From contig NC_087246.1 in the NCBI RefSeq assembly GCF_037042905.1, positions 1,180,001 to 1,244,000 on the forward strand: 64,000 nucleotides of DNA. The letters run 5' to 3'. A program made the position numbers and the translations under genes. Origin of the DNA: Lytechinus pictus. Its lineage: Eukaryota. Shown here one piece after another: positions 51,718-64,000 of the stretch (positions within the stretch are counted from its first letter, which is position 1; each line of letters starts with the position of its first letter). The notes beneath the pieces are model-generated. The model made no database searches, had not been told where the DNA came from, and saw only the letters and a list, made by a program, of their open reading frames with translations.

Positions 51718-54700
51718 TATATTCAACAGCATCCAACTATCCTAGGGTTTAGAGTGCCATATTTGCATTGGATATTTAAGTAAGTTACATTTCTCTGTCT
51801 CATGCACAGCAATCCAATAAAAGGCCTCAGTGTAGAATCACACTGTAATTGGTCTTTTTCCTAGTACTACAGTACAGTGCATTTGTTATGGTATAGATTT
51901 TTCTTGCCATTGTTGCGCAATGGTTTTTCTTTACAAGAATTGATCTCCTGTTTACATGCAGTAGTCTTTCAGTTCCAGCCTCCTTTAAACTCCCCCTGCT
52001 ATACTCATTTAAATTTCTACATGTATGCTAATGATTGAAATAGTTGAAGTTAAATAGTTGTGTTTATTGTGCTTTGACAATCTTGTGTCCTGTGAAGCTG
52101 TTGCTGCAGAGATGTAATAATCGAAGTGGTTTTAAAATCACAGCTGACACAGATGTGGAATTTCAAAACTTTTGTTTAGTTACATACATTGAAAATAAAG
52201 TGTGTTTTTATGTTGAAAATATTTAAAATATTGGCTGTTATTGAATGTTCAATATTCACTTCCAGGAACTATCAGTTTTGTAGGGCAGTTTACTTTTCAA
52301 AAATACAGCAAAACCACTTTAAAGCTCCCATTCACAGTCTCTGTATTAATTGCATGAATTGAATTTATATTTATCTTTTGTAAATTTATTTATCTTTCTT
52401 TTATTTTTTCTGATAAGAAATCCTGCATCAATCTGCTGTTTAAGTTATTATTTAAAGATAATGACAGAGTTGGGGTATTTCATTTATGAATCGTGTAAGA
52501 GCAATCTCCAGTATTTTACCCAAAGTTCTGAACTGGAAAATAGCAGGTCGACAGTGAAAGGAGATAAATTCTACATTTGTAAGGGTGAAAAGCTGAAAGG
52601 AAAGTAAGAAAGAAAGATCTTGTTTTGGTTGGACAAAATTCTTCTATTGCAACTTAAAGATAATAGTATTTTGTTTGTGCATTGGCTTGGCTGCACCAGT
52701 CAGGAGAAGATATTCAATCCAAATGAGAGGAAACCAAAATACAGAATTAACATCAAAGCAATAAAGTTTGCTTAAGAATATAGGAAAATCAAGAAAGATT
52801 CCCCGTTTATCATTGCAGAGTTCTATCGTGGACAGAATTTCTTTGCTCAAGAACCTCAGATCAATTGTGATATTGCTCTATAAGTATAGGTACAATCGCA
52901 ATGGTGTATAGGCGCGACGATCAAAACCGAGTCTCATGCATTTATATGCGTAAGACTCCCGCATTAGGGACTCGTGCTCATCATGAGATCTAAGGTGAAA
53001 AATCAATCATACTGTAGATCACTAATAAGCACCTGGCTGGAATGTCATTCTTATTTTGCTCATTTCTCAGCAATTAGAGTCTGCATGTTTTAATTCATTC
53101 ATAGAATGTTTGAAAATATGTTGTCATTTTATTCAAACTCATTATGAGATCTTTTCTACAACCGACATTTTTATTTTCATAACATACGAAAGTCAAAATC
53201 ATTGTAAAAGCATAGTTTTAGATTTTTAAAAATCGAAGAGAGAAAAAATATTTGACTTGATCGATCAGCACGAAAAGTACACACGAGCATAAACATGGTC
53301 AGTTTGAAATAAACAAAATAATGAAGGTAATAAAGTAGGTTGAGGTTAGGTGTTTGTATGCTGATGAGGGCTATTTGCAATCCAGACAATGAGAGTACTA
53401 AAAACAAGGCCATGTCATAGAATAAAGGCAACTCTATAAAAGGATTACCACGTCATGATCATTCATGTAGCAAGGTTTTTATCTTTGGCTGCTGACGTAT
53501 GTGTTTTTTGTTTGTTTATTTATTTACTTTCTAAATTGGAATGGGGGGCTTCATTTACATGTGTAGCATATTCACTTCAATGTTGGTTTGTTACTCGTTT
53601 TTGTTAATTTTCACTGTTCACATTTACTTAGAGGGGTGACTGTATGAATAAAATGCCCATGGTTTGATGATATGTTTTAGGGACCGAGTCCATTGCCTCT
53701 TCCCCCTTTCATCACTTGACACATCCCCTTTATAAGCCTACATGTTGAATTTGTGCTCTCGATTAAGTGCGACAAATGTCCTACATGTCTTGGGGTTGAT
53801 TCTAGAACTAGCATTGATTTTTAGTTTCTCCTATTGATCAGGTTATTTCTAGATGTCTTTGTTCCAATCCTTAGAAAAGGATAACCTTTAGCCTTCTATA
53901 GACCTTAAAATTTAAATAGATTATAAATGCATCCTTGTTCATGTTTGGTTTATCCTCTCAGTGGCAGTCAATTTTATGGGTTGTTCATGAAATGAATTAG
54001 CTGGCATGTATACGCAAGTACATCCTGGTACTTGTGTTTGCCATCATAACAAAAGGAAGGGTTGGCTCTTGTACATGTATGTACGTACTGTTGACTATGG
54101 TATCTATTGATTTGTAGAATAATGTTCTCAGAGAGGATTTTTTTAAAGTATATGCAGTATGCATATGTCGTCATTCACTTCGAACTTTCCTTTAGAATAA
54201 AATTAAAGGGAGCAAGTTTTGTGGTTATTTTTCCATAACAAAACCCTCCACAAACACAGCATATTCAGGGATTCTGTCCTACCCAACTAGGAAATCATGA
54301 TCCTGAAAGTTGCTTCCGTATTCCCTATTTCCCAACCTACCAGCCTCTCTTCTGAAAACAAAGAGAAAGATAGAAATTGGAACATTGATTGAAGACAGGA
54401 AATATATGATATCTATACCAGCATTGTGATCTTATATTCTTAGGATGAAGTTAGTCAAGATTGAAAATGATATGAAGGTATCTAGTTCTCTTGAAAGTTA
54501 CACAAGAAAATCCAGATAGTATTTCATTAAAAAAAAACATTCACACGTTTTTCATTCACTCTCTATTTTTGCAAGACAATGAATATTTTGTTTAAATCAT
54601 TTTTCGCTAATTAAATGGTATACATGTACATGTACTGTAGGCCTATTTATAAATGAGGAAGTTACTTTGTTTTCTAGCTGTTAGTCGTGGTTGTGTTGAA

Positions 54701-55925
54701 GTAATCTAAGGTATATTCCTTGAAAATAATCTACAGATAAAATGAATTAATTTTCTTAAAAGTAGCGGGAAGAATTATATGAATACACAAAGAAATATGA
54801 TTTCATACCATTACAATAGAATGTTTATTCCTTCTCTCACCCTACTACAAGGAAGTTACAAGGAAGTTAGTTCTGAGCATAGGGAACTTGTATGCATGCA
54901 ATCCAGTGGCAGATCTAGGGCAAAGAGAAGTTGAAAATACAGTATATATTGAAAATTATTTGTTCAGTGGGTGATTCTCCAAATATAGAGGGCGCATTAC
55001 ATGCGTAGTACATTAGTGTATTGCACCCCCCCCCCCACTCTTAATTATCTGAGCCAAGATCCCTCCAGTTTCTGTGCTCCATTTTGTTAACTTCTGATGA
55101 TGGATACTCATTTTTTAGGAATTTCTTTTTTAATCTTATTGTAGAAATTGACATTATTATGTAACAAATTTATGTTTGGTTTGCTTTTTTTTTTTTCACA
55201 CGAAGCTTTAGCACCCTCTTAGCTGTTAAACCATGGAGATAAAAGTTCAGATCTTCTATCTCCGGTTGCTTTCATGTGAAGTGGAAGATGTAGCCATATC
55301 TCACTCGACTCTGACACAGTTTTTAGTCTTTCCTTGGTGATTTATGCCTCGTTGTTATGAGGTTGTGATAGTGCTGATATTAGACTAGCGGTTTGTTTAT
55401 TGTAAGGTCTTGATGTAATTGAAATTGAGATGATTTATTGGTGATGAGGAATAGATTGATTACAATATGGATGACTTCTGTGGAACTGGAAAGTAACCAT
55501 TGTATCTTCCCATCTTTTATTTTTTCATCTATTTCTATTTGAAAGGTCATTTGTCTTGCTAATGCCATGCCGATGATAATTAATAAAGAAATTCCTAGAA
55601 CCCATCACTGACGCTGATACCATTAGTAACCTATTAAATCCCTATGTGCATACATGTAGTTATCTCTTCAAATTGCATCAACCAAGAGTTCTCTTCATTA
55701 TTGAAAAGCTTTATCTGGCTCACAGATTTTTTTTAACAATCTCTTTTTTTCCCCTTCTAAAATTGTTGTCTTTACTGTATATGTACATGTATTTTGTTAT
55801 GTTATACATCAAGCTATTCTTATGTGTTATTCCAGATCCTATGATAATTGCTACATAACAGATTGTCCAGTCATGACATATCCTTCCATGAAAGTATTGT
55901 TTTATCATGGATATACTAGGATTCC

Positions 55926-56019
55926 TATTTTGTCTCATTTCAGAGTGAATGTTGGTTGTTGATCTGAAGAGCGGGTTCCACTAACAGGTCTCTATGCTGT
56001 ATCTGATTATCTACTATGA
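55926..56019 (+). pseudogene. Partial tandem duplicate of the YPEL coding exon 3 acceptor and 5' part
   Basis: tattttgtctcatttcAG|agtgaatgttggttgt matches the real acceptor at 56045-56078 except for one base; in-frame TGA at 55960-55962; indels follow. Confidence 0.9.
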
Positions 56020-56062
56020 ATTGTTCCTTGAAGTATTTTTGTTTTATTTTGTCTCATTTCAG

Positions 56063-56171
56063 AGTGAACGTTGGTTGTGGGCCTGCTGAAGAGAGGGTTC
56101 TACTAACAGGTCTCCATGCTGTATCTGATATTTACTGTGAGTGCTGTAAGACCACACTAGGATGGAAATAT
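56063..56171 (+). CDS. YPEL: Yippee-like protein, coding exon 3 ([36 protein letters not shown])
   Basis: tttcAG|AGTGAAC...AAATAT|GTAAGT; 109 nt, phase 2 to 0; second CxxC. Confidence 0.96.
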
Positions 56172-57558
56172 GTAAGTATACCCAGACCCTAGATACATTT
56201 CGGTTAAAAGTTTTTAAAGACTTTTTAAGTTATTCATTGCTAAATTATCCATATAACGATGAAATATATTGGTATCCTCTAAATGAGCAGGCTATTCATT
56301 TGAATTGGCTAGTATCCAGAAATTATTAGGGGGAAGTATAAAAGTTTAGTGTGATGTAATATGCCAGATAAGCATTTCCTGATACATTGGATTGTATAGG
56401 ATTCTCTCTTCTTTTTTTTCTTGCTGTTTGGTGCTTATCACTTGAAATCCTAAAACCCAAACATAACTGTAAACCTTAAATCAATCTTGCAAACTAGCCA
56501 GAAGCCAATAATATTTACACAGACGGCATTAGGTCATCATATTGACCAATATACACACAAGTGGTACTCCAAGCATGATCATTTTACAGAACACCTGCAG
56601 TTATTCACCTCATAGTTTTCTAGTTAGGGACAAGGTTCTATTTACCTCTTTCTAGGGCATTTCATAAAAAAGTGTATGGATCATATTTATATGAATAAAG
56701 TAAAGACAATTTTGTAGATAAGATGGTCTACAAATAGCAACCTCTGATACTAGAATTGTACTAGCATACAAGATAACAGTTCTTCAAGGTTCCGATGGGT
56801 AAAATGAGCACTTCTATTTTATCATCGTACCTAGCTATTAGAGTCCATATCGTACAAAGTACAAACTATCATCATTTGTAGAAATAAAACTGTGAGATTT
56901 TTCACAGGTGACTATATTGAGGGGTATAGGAAGCAGAAGATTTGGCCAGACATATGGTTCTTCTGTGATAAGCTTTTGAAAAATTCTGCTGTAATTTTTT
57001 TTGTCTCTACAACATCCATTCAATGGAAAAACAAGAAAGGAAGGCAGTAAAGTTTGAACTGTCAGAAGTGATAAACGGATAACACCATCCTTTCTTTTTA
57101 TGTTGCCGTGACAATTTTCTAAGCAACTGATACTCAGTGTCTGCTTATAATCAATAATAGTCAGCTGTTCTTGCATTGCACCATCCACCAAAACCTATTT
57201 GAAATGTGTCAAATTTTCACAAAGTGCACATGTTCTCTGGGTTATTGGTTTGGTATTAAAATGAGAGGTTCTTGTATCATCATCATACAACATGAACATG
57301 AAAAGAGAGCTTGAACACCTCCCCCATCCCTTCCCCTATTGAGAAACTCATTTGGTGGTTTTAATTCTCATTAGATTTAAATACTTGTTACCATAAAAAT
57401 GAATTTGTTTTAAGAGAAATAACCTTTCTTATATTCTTACTTGCTCCCCTCCTGATATCTTCATTTGTTTGGATGCTCTAAATTCAGACCAGACATTATA
57501 TGCCCACAGTTGATTTGATAATAATATTTTCTTTTCTTTTCTTGTCTTACCCATTTAG

Positions 57559-57654
57559 GAGCATGCATTTGAGAACAGTCAGAAGTACAAGGAAGGAAAA
57601 TACATCATTGAGCTGGCACACATGATAAAAGACAATGGGTGGGACTGTGATTAA
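57559..57654 (+). CDS. YPEL: Yippee-like protein, last coding exon ([31 protein letters not shown])
   Basis: cccatttAG|GAGCAT...; conserved SQKYKEGK motif; TAA at 57652-57654. Confidence 0.96.
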   Translation, partial: EHAFENSQKYKEGKYIIELAHMIKDNGWDCD

Positions 57655-60600
57655 AGATCATCATCACCCATCAACAAAGACAATGTAAGGGACTGATGAT
57701 AAATCACCATCAAACCAAGATATGTATCATACCGCTTGGCCTTGTTGTTAATCAACAACACCTCTACTTGAAATTGCTTTTTCTCCACCCAACCCAACTC
57801 CACCATGAAAGCTTCTCAAAAAATATCCAAAAGATAATTTCATATGGCATTTGCCTGCATCTTGATTATCCAAGGTATGCTATACCACTATTTATGATGA
57901 TACTGAATTTTAATGCGATGTCCATTTACCAATATCTCTATCATAATATGATAAGGGGTCTAAGGACTGTAAACAAAACGCTTTCCACTTATACATCTAC
58001 CATTTATCAGTCTTTGTCATCTGCAACTTGCAGAAAAGCACATCTGATGACATCATCAATGACATCATTCATTGTTACAGCTTCATTTGGACCAAGTTTA
58101 CAAAAATCATTTTGTAGATTAGTATCATAGCAACTAGCATGATAACATGATCATAATAGCTTATTGTGTGTGAGGGAAATATTATATATTTGGTTAGCAT
58201 TTAAATAATTCATTGTGAGTTCTTCTAAAGGTTAACTTTATTTTTTTTTGAGAAGCATGGATGGTATGGAGAGGTGGTAATTATGTGGATTGGAGAAATG
58301 GAATTAGAAAGAAAATAGAGTGGTATTATTTTGACAGAAAGAACATTTTGAAAGGAACAAGGTCTAAGATGAGGTTATTTTAAATCGGAATTGGTGCAAT
58401 GAGTGACTTGTGCTATGACGTAAGAAGCAGAAGTTGCAACTTAATCTTCGTCCATAATGAGGAATTGAGAGATGAACGGCAGAAGGACTTAAACTCGAAT
58501 GGTTAAAGCAATCCAGAAGTGAAACAATGTATATTCGTTTTCAGAGCTGGCAAGGAAATTGATGCATTATAGTCCACAGAGCAGGAGAGAAACCAGTGGC
58601 TTGTTATGGTATCTTGACAGAATGCAGTATTGGATGCTGTGTACATTAAAGACAGCCTTTTGTTTTGAAAGCAGATGTCTCTTAAAGAGCATAATGAATA
58701 TGCATGAGCATTGCTTCATGAATATGCGTTAAGGGCTTATCGCTGTCCTGCTATACTTGATGTTCAAATCCTGATTGATGATCAGTATTTGTCTTGAATG
58801 TATCAAGTTAGTGAGATGGATAGTGATGTAGGGTTTTGAGTGAGATGATACATCACAATTGTACAGAGTTTTATGTAAGGTCAAAGCATGCATCTTGACT
58901 GAGTGAAGCAGTATATAGAGGTTTTAAATGTAGGATGGCAAGGCAATGTGTGTGCATCACTAATGAGTGAAGCTATTTGTTTGCATTTTAAATGTAGGAT
59001 GGCGGTGAGCATGCATTAGGAGAAGATAAAGAATACAACCTTTCAATGCAGCCATGATGTAAATTTTAAATCTTTTTTCTTAGAGAGAGCTTCTAAATGG
59101 CATATTTTGTACAATCTTGTGTATATAAATTCCTCTGACCTAAATGCATAGGCCATACATGTAGATGTATTTAACTACACAGGAAAGAAAGTGATAAGAT
59201 GCGCATTGTGATTAAGAAGGGTTGTCACATCATGGTTTGTGTGAGATTTATCTTGTATAGCAATGTGTATGGTCTCACAGAAAAGGAACAAAAGATAATG
59301 GGCTTGTTAGTGTTGATAACGTATCATTGGAATGCTCCACTGGGATATATTAACATGAGTTTTAAATGATTATTTAATGCCTTTACCGTGTGTATGATGT
59401 TATGAAGAGAGAAAGGTATGAGTGAGTGGGTGATATAGTGTGTGTGTGAGAGCAATTGTTTGTTTGTGTGGGAATGATCATGTGTGTGTGTGTCATGATT
59501 AGTGAATGAATGACATCAAAACAATGATTTATCTATTGTGTATATGAATGGTCATGTACTCGTCATTTCATTGTACTATAACTTCAAATTATCAAGTGCA
59601 AAAATACTACTGTTATAGTATACCAAACAAAACATTTTTGATACATGTATTATTAAACTTCACAGCAACCCAATCAAGTTCCTGTATAATTTATATTTTT
59701 GAGAGATGAAAGAGTGTAACTGTAATTCAGTAATTGTATGGGTACATTGTCCATTCAGTGAAATACTGGATTACTGGTACATGTATTTGAGATTAATACG
59801 GCTAATATGTTCTGTTTCCGTTAATTGTAATTTTGTTAAACCTCTTTTGTTGTTATAATAGGATCACATTTACCTGCACTGTATCATAACAGAAAATAAT
59901 CCACATTCAATTAAAAAAGAACTTCACTATTCTGTTAATTAAGTTTGAGTTGATCTCACGTTGAAACTGTTAAGGGATTAAATACATTGGTCTGATTCCT
60001 GGACAAAGAGGAAATATTGTACATCTTAAAAAGATATGGCACACGTTAATCATCATGAGGACCAATAAGAAACCTTGTGGGTGTTTCATAAAGCTGTTTG
60101 TAAGTTAGGAGCGACTTTAAGAACGACTGGTGAACCTTTCTTGCGCACTAAATAATCACCAATGAACATTAATGGTGAATATTCTTTACCACAAGAAAGG
60201 ATCACCAGTCGTTTTTAAAGTCGCTATTACCGACAGCTTTATGAAACTGCCCCAATGTGCATATCGGCAGGTGGTCTTTTTGTACTATTTAGCCTCCCTT
60301 ACAGCTTTTGATGCAACACATCATTGAAAGAAATTGTTTCTTCTTGAATCAACCTTTCATATCATTCATAACCTTCAGGCTTCAATAAAGCAATGATCTT
60401 ATATGGGTGTAGTTATTTTGATGTTATCCTTTAAAAAAAATCATAAAGATATAACCACTTGAATAATTAAAACAGTTCAGAATATATATTAAACTTTTCT
60501 GCTTTCCTGCAGCTTGTTGAGAAATGATAATTCATATTTTTTCCCTTTCCTGAATATGGAAACTTGACAATACAAACATTACAAGCTCATAAATATTGTA

Positions 60601-62030
60601 AGAATTTTTTGTTTATATTACTTAGCCTACATACTTTTTGAATGGCATGTACTTCATGTATTGATCAATGATTGTTTTACTGCTGTTTTTGTTTCACTAC
60701 TGTTTTAATTATTTCATCAGCTTTTAATTGTGGTTATTTACTATTCATCGAGTCATGTGAAAATGATATCAGTTTCTTGCTCTGTGCATTGTGTGTATTT
60801 AAGTGTTATTTACTTTCAACAATGATAGAGTAAGAGGAAGTCCTATCAAAGAGATTTAAAACATTCAATGTTTTGCTTTCAGGCAAGTGTTAAGGTTCTG
60901 TTTAATACATTCTGTTGGAATCTATCTAGCAATTCATCACTTTGCTGATTATAAGTTATATGTGAATGGACCCTTTTCATCGTTACAAATTTTGGGTGTG
61001 ATTTCTGGATAACATTCCTTGACACAAAGGAAGGGGGGATTCTCACTAAGGTTGTTGAATTCAGACTTTTTCAACATATTTTCCACCATTAAAAACACAG
61101 TTTTCATGTTGTATAGTGGTCATTCTAGATGGGTTTTTTATCCATTCTTAATGGCTACTTGTAAAGTGCTTCTACTGAAAACATTTTCCCCATATTTTTC
61201 CAGTTTCTTAGATAAGGTGTTATTGCATAAATAATCTTCTTGCAATGAAGGTGATCATAAATAATGCAAACAATTGACTAGAAACTACCATGACTTGTGG
61301 TATTTTACTAGAATATGATTTAGAATATTGTGTTAAAGATCATCCAAATTAATGAGGGGAAAAAACACTAAATGCATTGAATTTGTTTTCCCACTGGCAA
61401 CTTGGATCATTTTGACCGCAATTATTGCGACTAGTCAAATATAACTAAGTGTTTTGCTTTAGTGTGCAAATAGGTTTGGTAAGTTTGTATTTTACAACAA
61501 AAAAAGTCAGAAGAACAAAAGAGCAGGAAATAGGGGATCATTTTCTCTTACATATTTATTTCCTATCCAGAACAGTTTTCAAGGATAGCTTCCCTATATT
61601 TGTTTTTCATGAACATTATTTTTGGAGCATTTGACTTGGCAGGTAATTGATTTCTACATTGCAATTATCTGAGACTAAGATACAAACACGACAAATAACT
61701 TGCCATGGTGTAATTTTAGTGAAAATTATATTAATTATTTCCATTAAGAAAGTAATTGTTTCATTCCAACATATACATCATAAACATTTTTAATTGAGCC
61801 TAATTTTGATGGTATTAAAATGAAATGAAACTAGAAGTATTTATTTTTATTAGTCCAGACATGTGGTTGCTGTTTTGTTATGATTGTAGTGTTTTTCTTC
61901 ATGTTTTGAACTTATATATAGTATTATATATTGTGTGTATAGTATTTAATAACACCTCTGTAAACATTGTATATAGTCAATGCTTGTCATTTCCCGAGTG
62001 AAATTAAACTTTGTGCAAGTTGTCTGTGAA
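57655..62030 (+). other. Putative long 3' UTR of YPEL
   Basis: Mostly repeat-free U-rich sequence; candidate polyA signals AATAAA at 60384 and ATTAAA at 62003; composition changes after ~62050. Confidence 0.4.
60079..60253. mobile_element. Short palindromic MITE
   Basis: gtttcataaagctgt..gcgacttta..acgactggtga / tcaccagtcgt..taaagtcgc..acagctttatgaaac. Confidence 0.78.
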
Positions 62031-62147
62031 ACACGCTAAATATGATTTAAGTGTCATCTTTCTTGCGTTATTTCACCATCCATGTTACTAGCGCGCGGGA
62101 GCAAGGAAGGGAGAGAGAGGCAGACAGAGAAAATGGGTAAAAATTAA

Positions 62148-62712
62148 AGGTCAAGTCCATCCTTGAATAAATAGAGAAAAATCAAACTAGCATAGTGCTG
62201 AAAATTTCATCAAAATCGGATGTAAAATAAGAAAGTTATGACATTTTAAAGTTTCGCTTATTTTTCACAAAACAGTGATATGCACAACTAGGTGAGTCAG
62301 TCGATGATGTCCATCACTCACTATTTCTTTTGTTTTTTATTGTTTGAATTATACAATTTTTCATTTTTTATAGATTTGACAATAAGGACCAACTTGACTG
62401 ATCCATATAGTATTAAACAATGCCAATTCCACATGTTCAGGAGGAATTAATCGTTGTATCACTTGATATCGACAATGCGGAGAAAATTAGAATATTTCAT
62501 ATTGTAAAATACAAAAGAAATAGTGAGTGGATGACGTCATAGTCTCATACCAGCCAGGATGTGCATATAACTGTTTTGTGAAATCAAGCGAAACTTTAAA
62601 ATGTCTTAACTTTCTTATTTTACGTCCGATTTTGATGAAATTTTCAGTATTATGCTTGTTGGATTTTTTTTCTGTTATTCAAATCAACTTTATGTTGGGG
62701 TAGACTTGTCCT
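62148..62712. mobile_element. MITE family A copy, reverse orientation
   Basis: TTAA|aggtcaagtcca ... agacttgtcct|TTAA. Confidence 0.8.
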
Positions 62713-63413
62713 TTAAGTAGAAAATTATAATTGTGGGGGGGGGGTAGTCGATGGAGCAAGGATGGAGTATAGGAGTATGAAGGGCAGATAAGGTTGAAAG
62801 ACTGGAATGATGAGATCGGGACAAGGATGAAACGAGGAAAAGAATGGAAATAATATAAATTAGAATGGGAAGGAGGAGACGAAAGAGAAGAGGGGAGAAG
62901 ACAAAATTAATGGCTGAAACATGGTCTCATTTTTTCCTGTAACCTTGAAATGACCTTTCAAGGAAAGAGATGGAAATTGGTTACAATGACTCAACAGTTC
63001 ATGTAGGCTGTCATGTGATGGAAGATGATGAAGTTTATGATTGCATTATGATGTAAACAACATGACATTTTCACAAGAGATCGAAGAAAAGGTTCAAGGT
63101 TAACGGCTTTTTATTGCATGTTCCATTCATTTATTCATCTGTAGGCGGATATTCATTGTTTATTTAATTTTATCCACTCATTTACATTTTTGTAATATGT
63201 TCTTAACTTATTTATTTTAATATGTGCCCCACTTAAATTCAGTTTTGGAGAGAAAACAAGTTGGAGGAGCTTAACTGCATCACCCCCCCCCCCCCCCCAT
63301 CGTGTTCTGTTTCCATCGTTAGGAGGGAGAAGGCCATGGGCCCTGGGAAATATTGTTGTCCTATAAAGTAAATAAAAAATCCAAAGCAATAACTTATTGC
63401 TTACATCCCACTG

Positions 63414-64000
63414 ATAGTCCAGGATAGAAGGGGTCGAACCTTGTTTTTTTATATATACAATGTTTTTTGATGGTTTCTTGTCAATTCGAGGGTGCTGATT
63501 CCGAATCCGAATGATGCCACTCGTGTAACCTTGAGCATTTTCTGCAAATTGGCAAAATCCAATATGGCCGCCAAAATATTCAAATTACCCATGAAAATCA
63601 TAAAATTGTCCACACATTGGCTATAAAGTACATGCAATTGTGCTGCCGGAGTGAAATAATATCTGAAAAAATGATTTTTGTCAAAATATTATTTTCTTGA
63701 TATCAAAATGGCCGCCATCATAGACCCCTGTACAATATGAATGGGGAAAATTAATTTTTACAAAATTGAGCACTGAAATGCAAGTAATTATGATCTATGA
63801 GTGAAGCAATGTCTGAAAACATGATTGCTAACGATATATATCATTTGTTATGTCAGTTATGTGATAAATCCTGTATTTTGATATTCAAAATGGCCTCCAA
63901 AAGCCCTAATACTATTATGTACAATGTGAATGGTGACACAAAAAAATCACAAGAGTGAGCACTTAAATGCATTTTGTTAAGATAAACGAGTGGAATACTG
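63414..64000. repeat. Left part of a repeat resembling the 4158-8796 arms; runs off the window
   Basis: aaaatccaatatggccgcc / caaaatggccgcc subunits repeated at roughly 140-190-bp spacing. Confidence 0.45.

Noticed and set aside
55960..55962. Selenocysteine or mutually exclusive functional exon
   Set aside because: Indels follow the TGA, the copy stops before the second CxxC is complete, and it has no donor site.
947..63637. Remaining short ORF-track entries (60-144 aa)
   Set aside because: No recognisable domains or splice support; many lie in MITEs, low-complexity DNA or antisense to the transposase.

Overview
AT-rich, intron-containing animal genomic DNA. The repeat content looks echinoderm, probably sea urchin (inference). 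The window opens in the 3' end of a C2H2 zinc-finger array (<1-497, +). About 22 kb of nested MITEs, LINE fragments and SINEs follow. From ~23.3 kb to ~62 kb lies one Yippee-like gene (YPEL1-4 type, +). It has a putative non-coding first exon, four coding exons (35900-36001, 42904-42947, 56063-56171, 57559-57654; 116 aa from the strong ATG) and a long putative 3' UTR. The intron between coding exons 2 and 3 holds an apparently complete 4113-bp antisense piggyBac (43884-47996). It has a TTAA duplication, 12-bp TIRs and a two-exon 616-aa DDD transposase, and it is nested in a Helentron-type non-autonomous repeat. The most unusual signals are these. (1) TA-NNNN-TA palindromes (TACATGTA, TAGGCCTA, TACTAGTA) saturate the gene body; two can be shown to be 6-bp insertions at a TA, as expected of cut-and-paste excision footprints. 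(2) The piggyBac transposase is intact and spliced. (3) A duplicated, stop-containing decoy copy of a YPEL splice acceptor sits just upstream of the real one. (4) A MITE triplet has a recombinant middle copy. All alignments and counts were made by eye.
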